From Clostridia bacterium (GTDB lineage: Bacteria > Bacillota > Sulfobacillia > SLMV01): 64,000 nucleotides of DNA. Every line of letters starts with the position of its first letter. Positions within the stretch are counted from its first letter, which is position 1. A model generated the notes under the pieces. That model was given only the letters and a program-made list of their open reading frames with translations, was not told where the DNA came from and searched no databases. Made by a program: the position numbers and the translations under genes. Shown here in pieces: positions 56,438 through 64,000 of this stretch. The DNA lies in contig SLMV01000029.1 in the NCBI GenBank assembly GCA_007133365.1, positions 276 through 64,275 on the forward strand, given 5' to 3'.

Positions 56438-57285
56438 CCTTCATGATACCGTTTCACGGTGCTCCAATGGGGGGAAGGAAAAGCCGAAACAATTCGCGTC
56501 AGTTGCGAATGGTAAAGACCCGACAAAATCAAGATGCCCCCGGGCTCAGTCAAAGCCGTCAGCTGTTGGAAAAATCGGCCGAGCAAATCAATCGTCATGT
56601 TTGCGATAACCATCGGATAAGCGGGCTCTCCCGTCATCTCGGCAAGATCACAAACTTTGAGGGTTAGACGATCAAGAAGGCCATTGGCCTTCGCATTTTC
56701 TTCAGCAGCCTTGATCGCAGCCGAATCAATATCGCAAGCAACGGCGCGCAATGCCCCCATTTTCAGCGCCGCGAGCGCCAAGATGCCGGTCCCACAACCG
56801 ACGTCGATAACGGACGAAGGGGTCGCCTCATCGCAAGCAGCCATCGCCAGACGAAGTGCCAGCCGGGTGCTTTCGTGCATTCCGGTGCCAAAAGCCATGC
56901 CCGGGGCAATCACCAGCTCATCGGGCCGGCCGGATCGTTCCCACGGTGGCACAATTCGAAGCGTGCCAATCTCGAGGGGCTTAAAGTGGGATTTGGAGAC
57001 TTCGATCCAATCCCGCACGGGCCGGCAACACACTTGGATATCGGGCTCAAACGCTTCCAAACGTTGCTCAAGACGCACGGTGAACGCGGAAGGTGGACCA
57101 TGGTCGGCATCGAAGTAAAGGACATAGGTCACGTGATCGCCTTTTGTCCGTTCCTCAAATCCGGAGGGCGATTCCTCCCACAGCCTAAGCAACACCAGTT
57201 CGGCCACCTCTCGGTGAACCGTCACCGCAACTTCCCATACTGTCTTTTCGGCTTCCCGATCAGGCACTTTCGCCTCCTCGCCCAA
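56383..57285 (-). CDS. prmA: ribosomal protein L11 methyltransferase
   Basis: PGMAFGTGMHESTRLAL and SAM motif IDVGCGTGILA. Lies downstream of dnaJ. Confidence 0.8.
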   Translation of the reverse strand: MGEEAKVPDREAEKTVWEVAVTVHREVAELVLLRLWEESPSGFEERTKGDHVTYVLYFDADHGPPSAFTVRLEQRLEAFEPDIQVCCRPVRDWIEVSKSHFKPLEIGTLRIVPPWERSGRPDELVIAPGMAFGTGMHESTRLALRLAMAACDEATPSSVIDVGCGTGILALAALKMGALRAVACDIDSAAIKAAEENAKANGLLDRLTLKVCDLAEMTGEPAYPMVIANMTIDLLGRFFQQLTALTEPGGILILSGLYHSQLTRIVSAFPSPHWSTVKRYHEGCWEAISLRREGATACRE

Positions 57286-58417
57286 AGACCCGCTTCATGC
57301 GCTCTAACAAGCCCGATTCGAGCGGTTCGATGGTCTCGCCGCGCATCCGCGCGAACTCCAAGAGCAGTTCCTTTTCTTCGGACGTTAGTTTCTTAGGAAT
57401 ATCGATTTCAACCTCAAAGATATGATCGCCACGCCCATATTTCTTCAAATAGGGGACGCCCTTCCCTTTGAGCGTGATGTGCTCACCGTGGCGAGTCCCG
57501 GGGTTGATCTCAATTTTTTCTGAGCCATCGAGTGTGGCCACTTCCTTTTTGGCGCCAAGACACGCTTCTACCATGGAGACGGTCACCTTGGACAGGACAT
57601 CATGCCCTTTGCGCTTGAATTCGGGATGAGGCCGTACCCGGATGCGAACGAATAGATCGCCCGGCGGTCCTCCGTCTCGACCCGGCTCGCCTTCTCCAGA
57701 GAGGCGAAGCCGCATGCCTTGATCCACACCCGCCGGAACATTCACGCTGATTTTCCGGCGTTGACGGACCCAACCGCGTCCGCGGCACTCCGGGCAGAGT
57801 TCCTCGATGATTTCACCTCGCCCCTGACACGTCGGGCACGTCCCGGTGGTGACAAATTCCCCAAGCGGTGTTCGCCGGGCCGATCTAACACGCCCGGTCC
57901 CACCACACTGGGCGCAAGTCTTGGGGCTAGTCCCCGGTTTCGCGCCACTGCCATCACAGGTGGGGCAGTATTCGTTGCGAATAATCTCGACCTCTCGTTC
58001 CGTCCCAAACACCGCGTCCATAAAGGACAACTCAATGGTCGTTTCGAGGTCGTTGCCGCGGGTCGGGCCGCTTCGTCTGGCCCGGCCCCCGAAGAAGGTC
58101 TCAAATATATCGGCAAAATCGGTAAAACCGCCAAAACCAGCAAAATCTTGACTGCCAAAACCACCGAACCCTTCAAACCCGGCGCCTTCCGTTTGGCCAA
58201 ACTGGTCATACATTTGGCGTTTCTCCGGATCACGAAGCACCTGGTACGCTTCGTTGATTTCCTTAAAGCGCTGCTCCGATTCCGGATCGTCCGGGTTGGC
58301 ATCGGGATGGTTCTCGCGCGCAAGCCGCCGATACGCCTTTTTTATTTCGTCTGGGGATGCATCACGCGAAACCCCCAGAATACTATAATAGTCTTTGTCG
58401 TTCGCCACACTCGTCAC
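57260..58417 (-). CDS. dnaJ: molecular chaperone DnaJ
   Basis: J-domain with HPD. Gly/Phe-rich region. Four CxxCxGxG zinc-finger repeats. Confidence 0.9.
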   Translation of the reverse strand: MTSVANDKDYYSILGVSRDASPDEIKKAYRRLARENHPDANPDDPESEQRFKEINEAYQVLRDPEKRQMYDQFGQTEGAGFEGFGGFGSQDFAGFGGFTDFADIFETFFGGRARRSGPTRGNDLETTIELSFMDAVFGTEREVEIIRNEYCPTCDGSGAKPGTSPKTCAQCGGTGRVRSARRTPLGEFVTTGTCPTCQGRGEIIEELCPECRGRGWVRQRRKISVNVPAGVDQGMRLRLSGEGEPGRDGGPPGDLFVRIRVRPHPEFKRKGHDVLSKVTVSMVEACLGAKKEVATLDGSEKIEINPGTRHGEHITLKGKGVPYLKKYGRGDHIFEVEIDIPKKLTSEEKELLLEFARMRGETIEPLESGLLERMKRVFGRGGESA

Positions 58418-58462
58418 CCCGCATGAATTGCATTAGGAAACGCCGGCACCCTCCCAATACGG

Positions 58463-60262
58463 TCATTCTTCAACCTCATAGTCGGCATCGACGTCATCAT
58501 CATTCTCATTTTGTGATTCTTCCTGTGCCGCCTGGGTGGCAGCTGCCGTCATCTCATAAAGTGCTTGGGTCAGCGTCTCGGTGGCCTCCCGAAGGCGCTC
58601 TGTCGATGCTTCTTCATCCTCTGTGACTTTGCGCAGGTCCTCCATGGCTTCGCGAACCTTTTCGACCAATCCCTCGTCCACCTTGTCCTCTAGGTCTTTG
58701 AGGCTTCGTTCGGCCGAATAAAGGGCGCTGTCTGCTTCGTTTTTGGCCTCGATCCGCTCACGTTTACGCTGATCTTCCTCCGCATACGCGTCCGCCTCTT
58801 GCGCCATTTGTTCAATTTCTTCTTCCGTTAAACCACTCGACGCTTCGATCGTAATCTTCTGCTCTTTTCCTGTTGCTTTATCCTGAGCCGAAACGTTCAC
58901 GATACCATTGGCATCAATATCAAAGGTCACCTCGATCTGCGGTACCCCGCGAGGTGCCGGCGGAATGCCATCGAGGATAAAGCGCCCCAGGGTCTTATTA
59001 TCCGCCGCCATGGCACGTTCACCTTGCAGTACATGAATTTCGACTTGCGTTTGATTATCGCCAGCAGTCGAGAAGATCTGGCTCTTCTTGGTCGGAATGG
59101 TGGTATTTCGTTCGATAAGTTTGGTGAACACCCCACCTAGCGTTTCAATGCCCAAGGACAACGGGGTAACATCCAACAGCACGACATCTTTGACTTCACC
59201 CGAGAGAACCCCCGCTTGGATCGCCGCACCTAGGGCCACAACCTCATCCGGGTTAATGCCTTTGAAAGGATCCTTCCCCAGGACATCTTTAACTCGTTTT
59301 TGCACCAAGGGGATGCGGGTCGAACCACCGACCAAAATGACCCTATCGATTTCGTCCGGTTTGACACCCGCGTCCTTGATCGCTTGATGCATTGGGTTGA
59401 CGGTCTTTTCCACCAGATCGGAAATGAGGTCCTCGAACTTCGCACGCGTCAGTTCCATTTCTAAGTGTTTGGGTCCCGAACTATCGGCGGTAACAAAGGG
59501 CAAACTAATGGTGGTGCGGGTCGTCGAACTCAATTCAACCTTCGCCTTTTCAGCCGCCTCCATCAATCGTTGAACCGCCTGATCATCTTTGCTTAGATCA
59601 ATACCTTGTTCGCGCTTATACTCCGACACCATCCAATCCTTGACCCGCTCGTCGAAGTCATCGCCACCTAAGAAATTATTCCCGCTCGTCGCTTTCACTT
59701 CGAAAACTCCATCGCCCAACTCCAAGATCGAGACATCGAAGGTACCGCCGCCGAGGTCAAACACCAAGATCGTCGATTCTTCTTCCTTGTCGAGCCCATA
59801 AGCCAATGATGCCGCCGTCGGTTCATTGATAATGCGAAGAACTTCCATGCCGGCAATTTGTCCCGCATCTTTGGTCGCCTGCCGCTGACTGTCGGTGAAG
59901 TAGGCCGGAACGGTGATTACCGCTTGCTGGATGGTCTCACCAAGATACTCTTCCGCATCCTGCTTCAGTTTCTGCAAAACAAAAGCGGAAATCTCTTGGG
60001 GGGTGTACGTTTTATCATCGATTGAAATTTGCATATCCGAACCCATCTTACGCTTGATGGAGGTAATCGTTCGTTTGGAATTTACCACCGCCTGACGTTT
60101 GGCGACCTGTCCCACCAAACGCTCACCATCTTTGGAAAATGCCACAACAGACGGTGTGGTCCGACTTCCTTCAGCATTTGGGATGATGGTGGGCTCGCCG
60201 CCCTCCATCACTGCCACACACGAGTTTGTCGTTCCGAGATCAATGCCCAATACTTTTGCCAT
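58463..60262 (-). CDS. dnaK: molecular chaperone DnaK (Hsp70)
   Basis: Canonical Hsp70 motifs ([21 protein letters not shown]). The ORF track N-terminus is a 20-aa run-on. The real start is [10 protein letters not shown] at 60262. Confidence 0.95.
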   Translation of the reverse strand: MAKVLGIDLGTTNSCVAVMEGGEPTIIPNAEGSRTTPSVVAFSKDGERLVGQVAKRQAVVNSKRTITSIKRKMGSDMQISIDDKTYTPQEISAFVLQKLKQDAEEYLGETIQQAVITVPAYFTDSQRQATKDAGQIAGMEVLRIINEPTAASLAYGLDKEEESTILVFDLGGGTFDVSILELGDGVFEVKATSGNNFLGGDDFDERVKDWMVSEYKREQGIDLSKDDQAVQRLMEAAEKAKVELSSTTRTTISLPFVTADSSGPKHLEMELTRAKFEDLISDLVEKTVNPMHQAIKDAGVKPDEIDRVILVGGSTRIPLVQKRVKDVLGKDPFKGINPDEVVALGAAIQAGVLSGEVKDVVLLDVTPLSLGIETLGGVFTKLIERNTTIPTKKSQIFSTAGDNQTQVEIHVLQGERAMAADNKTLGRFILDGIPPAPRGVPQIEVTFDIDANGIVNVSAQDKATGKEQKITIEASSGLTEEEIEQMAQEADAYAEEDQRKRERIEAKNEADSALYSAERSLKDLEDKVDEGLVEKVREAMEDLRKVTEDEEASTERLREATETLTQALYEMTAAATQAAQEESQNENDDDVDADYEVEE

Positions 60263-60266
60263 CGCC

Positions 60267-60911
60267 CTATTCCTCCTTAATCCCTTCATCTTCTTGTTTG
60301 TCAGCTTCTTGTTTGTCAGCATCGACCGGTTGCGCCACCGTGACGCGTGCTGGCCGAATTAGGCGGTCTTCGGTTCGGTACCCGGTCTGAAGCTGATTGA
60401 CCACACATCCTTTCGGCACCTCATCCGTGCTCACAAATGTTACCGCTTCGTGGTAGTGAGGATCAAATTCTTCGCCATCACACTCGATTCGCCTAACCCC
60501 GAGGTCTTCTAAAGCGTCAAGAAAACTTTGGACAATCATCTTGACCCCTTTGCAAAGCGGATCATCCTGCCGCCCCGCTTCTAGGACCCGTTCCAAATCA
60601 TCAATAATGGGAAGGATTCGCTCCACCACTTGGAGTGCGCCTTCATGTTTTTGGCGCGCGTTTTCACGCATCATCCGCCGGCGAAAATTTTGAAATTCCG
60701 CTTGCAGGCGAAGATACTGGTCCTCTTGTTCCGAAATTTTCGCGCGCGCATCCTCCAGGGTTTGTTTCAGTTTAGCAACCGATTCTTCCGGCTGGCACGA
60801 TTCGGGCGCACCGTTTTCACCACAGCGTTCCTCTTCCGTCACGCTCGACCCTCCTTTACCGGGATTGGGAGCCTCCACACACAATGCACCCGCAAATGCC
60901 CCTTCGGACAC
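60267..60911 (-). CDS. grpE: nucleotide exchange factor GrpE
   Basis: Coiled-coil plus a C-terminal beta domain. Conserved [12 protein letters not shown]. Sits between hrcA and dnaK. Confidence 0.85.
   Translation of the reverse strand: MSEGAFAGALCVEAPNPGKGGSSVTEEERCGENGAPESCQPEESVAKLKQTLEDARAKISEQEDQYLRLQAEFQNFRRRMMRENARQKHEGALQVVERILPIIDDLERVLEAGRQDDPLCKGVKMIVQSFLDALEDLGVRRIECDGEEFDPHYHEAVTFVSTDEVPKGCVVNQLQTGYRTEDRLIRPARVTVAQPVDADKQEADKQEDEGIKEE
60283..60312. repeat. perfect 15-bp tandem duplication (TTCTTGTTTGTCAGC x2) inside the 3' end of grpE
   Basis: Read directly at 60283-60297 and 60298-60312. It encodes [10 protein letters not shown] in the GrpE C-terminal tail. Confidence 0.8.
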
Positions 60912-60931
60912 TTACGGGCTTGGGCCAATCC

Positions 60932-61963
60932 CTACGCCTGACCATCACTTAGGGAATCGCTCACCACTTCCGTCATGGCCTTCACAATACCCATAATTCG
61001 ACTGTAATTCATCCGGCGGGGGCCGATAACACCGATTCGACCGGCCGCCTTCCCGCCCACGTAATACACCGCGGACACCACACTGCATTCTTGAATATCT
61101 TCATACACGTTTTCTGCACCAATCAAGGCAAAAATATCTTCTTTGGGAAACCGGCGCAGCAAATCCCAGATGACGGACCGACGACTCAACGCGCTTAGGA
61201 CGCGTTGCGTTCGGTGGATATCGTGAAACTCCGGATGTTTCATGATGTTCGCGGCACCCTCCAAGAAAAAGTCCGGATGCTGCTCGCTCGTCTTTTGGCT
61301 TAACAATAACGCCATCGCCGTATCCATCAATTCCTGGGTTAGATTTAATTCGTGTCGCAATGCTTCGAGAAGACTTCCATGGAGAATCTCATGGACGGTA
61401 TGCCCCCGGAGATATTGATTGAAAATCTCCGATGCATGCTCCATTTGTTCGGGCTCAATGCCGGGTGAATCCACGATTTGGTTTTGAACAAACCCATCCT
61501 CGGTCACCACCAACACCATCGCACGCCCCCGACGAAGCGGCACAATCTCAACCGCGCTGAGCACGGACCGTCCAGTGAATGGGCCCGCCAATAACGACAG
61601 GCAATCGGTCATTTCCGAAAGAAGACGGCTTGCCGTGTAAAACAAAGACTCCATTTCCGACACCCGGTGGCCGATGACTTTCTGGATCACTTCAATCTCG
61701 TCACGGCTCGGCTGGGCAATGCGCGCAATTTGATCGACATACATGCGATATCCTAGATCGGATGGAATGCGACCGGCCGATGTATGCGGCTGTTCAAGAT
61801 ACCCCATGTTTTCTAAATCGGCCATCTCATTGCGAATGGTGGCCGGGCTGACGTTCAAATCAAAATCCCGGGCAATGGTCCGGGATCCCACGGGCTGTGC
61901 GTTGGCAATATAAGCTTCCACCACCGACTGCAAAACCCGCAACTTCCGTTGGTCGAGACCCAT
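60932..61963 (-). CDS. hrcA: heat-inducible transcription repressor HrcA
   Basis: N-terminal winged-helix (RKLRVLQSVVEAYIANAQPVGSRTIA) and 343 aa. It is the first gene of the hrcA-grpE-dnaK-dnaJ operon and is preceded by CIRCE. Confidence 0.9.
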   Translation of the reverse strand: MGLDQRKLRVLQSVVEAYIANAQPVGSRTIARDFDLNVSPATIRNEMADLENMGYLEQPHTSAGRIPSDLGYRMYVDQIARIAQPSRDEIEVIQKVIGHRVSEMESLFYTASRLLSEMTDCLSLLAGPFTGRSVLSAVEIVPLRRGRAMVLVVTEDGFVQNQIVDSPGIEPEQMEHASEIFNQYLRGHTVHEILHGSLLEALRHELNLTQELMDTAMALLLSQKTSEQHPDFFLEGAANIMKHPEFHDIHRTQRVLSALSRRSVIWDLLRRFPKEDIFALIGAENVYEDIQECSVVSAVYYVGGKAAGRIGVIGPRRMNYSRIMGIVKAMTEVVSDSLSDGQA

Positions 61964-62009
61964 TCGGATACACCTCTTCCATCACACATGTGACAGGCCC
62001 GATAACGAC

Positions 62010-62036
62010 TTAGCACTCTGAGATGAAGAGTGCTAA
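62010..62036. promoter_or_regulatory. CIRCE operator (HrcA binding site)
   Basis: TTAGCACTC-tgagatgaa-GAGTGCTAA, a perfect match to the consensus TTAGCACTC-N9-GAGTGCTAA, 47 bp upstream of hrcA. Confidence 0.9.
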
Positions 62037-62047
62037 GTCCATGACTG

Positions 62048-62076
62048 AAAATACCACTTAGGGCCTCGCCTGTCAA
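62048..62076 (-). promoter_or_regulatory. sigma-A promoter of the hrcA operon (TTGACA-17-TATTTT)
   Basis: On the minus strand, TTGACA (plus 62071-62076), a 17-nt spacer, and TATTTT (plus 62048-62053). It lies immediately upstream of CIRCE, the classic arrangement. Confidence 0.6.
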
Positions 62077-62203
62077 TTCATTGGTGCGCGGGTACCGCTA
62101 CCATAACACTCACAAAAACGCTGGATCCTGCCCATAAATTGAACCGGTCCGGTCCATCCCCGACCGATCATTCGGGCAGGATCGAATGGTGGTCCGCTAA
62201 CGT

Positions 62204-62509
62204 CTATTCGCCCGACATCTTGCCCTTAACCGTCGCAACTTTTCCTTTTAAGGTCAACGGTTTATCCCGACGATCGTCCACCTTAATCACCGTCCCGACC
62301 CGCTCGACACCCTGAGCAAAAACGGCTTCTTGCATGTCGCGGATTGCTAACATTATTTGATCGAGGTCACCTTCTATCGTGGTGAACATCGGCCCCAACT
62401 CATACGATAACTCGGGATACTCATTCAACACCTTCACTGCTGCGGCTACGTAATCGCTGACACTTGGTCCCACTCCAGATGGTGAGATGCTTACCGCTAC
62501 CATCGCCAT
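62204..62509 (-). CDS. MTH1187/YkoF/DUF77-family small protein
   Basis: About 100 aa starting MAMVAVSISPSGVGPSVSDYVAAAVKVL, typical of this ferredoxin-like-fold family. GGAAAGGGG Shine-Dalgarno 7 nt upstream of the internal ATG at 62507-62509. The ORF track start (62632) is probably a run-on. Confidence 0.55.
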   Translation of the reverse strand: MAMVAVSISPSGVGPSVSDYVAAAVKVLNEYPELSYELGPMFTTIEGDLDQIMLAIRDMQEAVFAQGVERVGTVIKVDDRRDKPLTLKGKVATVKGKMSGE

Positions 62510-62704
62510 TTTGATACCCCTTTCCGAAACCAACCGACTTCCAGTGCCCGGTCCCTGTCTCTTCTTAGAGAAGACAAGAACGTCCATCGATAATCCTTCA
62601 TCGCTACATGCACTTAGTACACCCCAGCACACCTCTCCGATTCATCAAGCTGTTGAACCCACTAGCCGTCTGTGTTAAGATGCCAAAGTCAGGAGGTGAG
62701 ATCA

Positions 62705-62971
62705 TTGGCTAATTCCAGATCCGCCCTCAAACGGGTACGGACTGCAGAGAAACGGCGGCTTCGCAACAAACAAGTCAAAAGCAAGATTAAATCATCGGTG
62801 CGCAATGTTCAGCGTGCTTTAGCCGAAAACCATGATGCCGATGAGTTATTTCGTCGTGCCATCAAGACGATTGATAAAGCCGTGAGCAAGGGCGTCCTCC
62901 ATCCCAACACCGCCGCGCGAAAGAAATCTCAACTGCACCGTCAGTACAACAAAGAGCGCGTCACCCAATAA
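62705..62971 (+). CDS. rpsT: 30S ribosomal protein S20
   Basis: LANSRSALKRVRTAEKRRLRNKQVKS... matches S20. TTG start at 62705 with AGGAGGTGA 6 nt upstream. Confidence 0.85.
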   Translation: MANSRSALKRVRTAEKRRLRNKQVKSKIKSSVRNVQRALAENHDADELFRRAIKTIDKAVSKGVLHPNTAARKKSQLHRQYNKERVTQ

Positions 62972-63005
62972 ATAACGCTAATTTTTGTTTGGGGTTCATC
63001 TGCCT

Positions 63006-63028
63006 GCCGGGTTTTTCCCGGCAGGAGT
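63006..63028. terminator. stem-loop between convergent rpsT and holA (possible bidirectional terminator; no clear U-tract)
   Basis: CCTGCCGGG-ttttt-CCCGGCAGG, a perfect 9-bp GC-rich stem. Confidence 0.35.
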
Positions 63029-63060
63029 GTATACCCAGCTCAATGGTATTCTGCTCCAAT

Positions 63061-63990
63061 TTATATTTCGAATGCCGTTCGCTCGAGGATCGAATCGAGG
63101 TCCAAGTTTCGGCTCGCCAAAACCGTCACCAACCGCTGAAGTCCCAACTCCGGCGTCCAGCGCCCCTTCTTAATTCCAAGATCCGTCAATAGAATGTATT
63201 CCAACGCCCGCTCAAGTTCGTGCTGAGCGAAATTGCGTGACTGTCGCACCCCTTTACTCACCACAAATGGATGCTGGTTCAGCATTTTCGCCATCGCACG
63301 CTCACCCTGCCCGCGCTCATGCTCGTATTTTACCTGCCATAGAATCCGAATCTGACGCGCCACCATCCCCAAAATCATCAAAGGATCGGCCCCTTGCGTC
63401 AACATGGCATCTAAGGTACCGACTGCTTGGGACGCATTCCCCAATCCGATCGCATCCACCAGTTTAAAGATGTTTTGTTCCTGCGGTAACGCGATAACCT
63501 GCGCGATATCGCGGGGTGAAATCTCGTCCCTGTCGCCCACATACATCCGGATCTTATCCAATTCGCGATCGAGAACCCCAAGCGGCCCCTCATACTGCGC
63601 CAGCATGCGAAGGGCCTCGCGATTAATCGTTTTACCATAGTGTTTTAGCGTCTCTTTAATCCAGTTCCTTAAATTGGCGCCGGATGGTTTGTCACAGGTA
63701 ACAATGACCCCATCATCATGTTCTTTAAACCGCGTATATAACCGGCGGCGTTTGTCGACCTTTTCGAGAACAATGCAAAGGCAATTGCGAAGATTCGGTT
63801 CTTCGAGATAATCCAGCCAATGTTGTTCTTCATTAGGGATTGACTGATTGAACGCGATGGGTTCTTCCGCCACAATCAGGCGGGGTTTGCCATCGAACGT
63901 GGACGTATTGCAGCTCATCACGATGCTCTCGGCATCAGCCCCTTCAAAATGCTGGTAATTCAAGGAAGTCTCATCCGACGCCACGCCCAA
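63061..63990 (-). CDS. holA: DNA polymerase III delta subunit (N-terminally truncated by the window edge)
   Basis: Delta-subunit features (clamp-loader AAA+-like domain without a Walker A; C-terminal helical domain). The position opposite rpsT matches Bacillus. The ORF reaches to within 10 nt of the window end. Confidence 0.7.
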   Translation of the reverse strand: MGVASDETSLNYQHFEGADAESIVMSCNTSTFDGKPRLIVAEEPIAFNQSIPNEEQHWLDYLEEPNLRNCLCIVLEKVDKRRRLYTRFKEHDDGVIVTCDKPSGANLRNWIKETLKHYGKTINREALRMLAQYEGPLGVLDRELDKIRMYVGDRDEISPRDIAQVIALPQEQNIFKLVDAIGLGNASQAVGTLDAMLTQGADPLMILGMVARQIRILWQVKYEHERGQGERAMAKMLNQHPFVVSKGVRQSRNFAQHELERALEYILLTDLGIKKGRWTPELGLQRLVTVLASRNLDLDSILERTAFEI

Positions 63991-64000
63991 TTGACGACGA

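Noticed and set aside
1-64000. CRISPR arrays, IS/transposase genes, prophage genes, toxin-antitoxin pairs and restriction-modification genes
   Set aside because: I read through all intergenic regions and the ORF list. There are no arrays of direct repeats with spacers, no transposase/integrase/capsid/terminase-like translations, and no obvious small toxin-antitoxin pairs. The window is conserved core chromosome plus one metabolic accessory cluster.

Overview
The window is a GC-rich (judged by eye, not computed), densely packed chromosomal segment of an endospore-forming Firmicute. Almost every gene is on the minus strand. The evidence for a spore-former is a full-length Spo0A with the signature C-terminal DNA-binding domain, plus ScpA/ScpB, SigA, a CIRCE/HrcA heat-shock operon and a Bacillus 'yqe/yqf'-like gene order.

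The recognisable backbone, running right to left in transcription order, is:
- holA(partial)–rpsT(+)–[YkoF-like]–hrcA–grpE–dnaK–dnaJ–prmA–mtaB–ddl
- nfeD–floA–[small membrane protein]–phoH–pgpH(7TM-HD)–ybeY–[DUF3048]–era–recO–[DUF4342/UBA]–glyQ–glyS–pdrp–ppdK
- dnaG–sigA, then a tRNA Asn-Met-Glu cluster, then gltX(+)
- spo0A, followed by an accessory-looking block: two tandem Leu/Val/Phe-type amino-acid dehydrogenase paralogs, a translationally coupled BioD/CobQ-like P-loop NTPase, a four-subunit 2-oxoacid:ferredoxin oxidoreductase (delta-alpha-beta-gamma) and a hypothetical protein
- nudix–ald–xerD–[activase]–[M50 site-2 protease]–scpA–scpB–trxA–sucC–sucD–ridA–rluB–[NAPRTase-like]–ferredoxin(+)–[orphan BtuF/FecB-like lipoprotein SBP]
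- cmk–plsC–ispH–rpsA–fni(IDI-2)–der–plsY–gpsA–[formamidase(+)]–[M20 amidohydrolase, partial]

I found no CRISPR array, IS element, phage gene or obvious riboswitch.

The stretches most worth a second look are:
1. The dehydrogenase x2 / NTPase / ferredoxin-oxidoreductase cluster next to spo0A. It could be a ferredoxin-dependent branched-chain or aromatic amino-acid oxidation module, and its P-loop component is uncharacterised.
2. A candidate Spo0E-like small protein beside gltX and spo0A.
3. rpsA with a ~100-aa acidic, Cys-containing N-terminal extension directly downstream of ispH, possibly a fusion-linker remnant.
4. A site-2 protease whose only sensible start is a non-canonical ATT behind a strong Shine-Dalgarno.
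5. glyQS with no room for a T-box leader.

All calls come from reading the supplied ORF translations and the sequence. No database searches were run.
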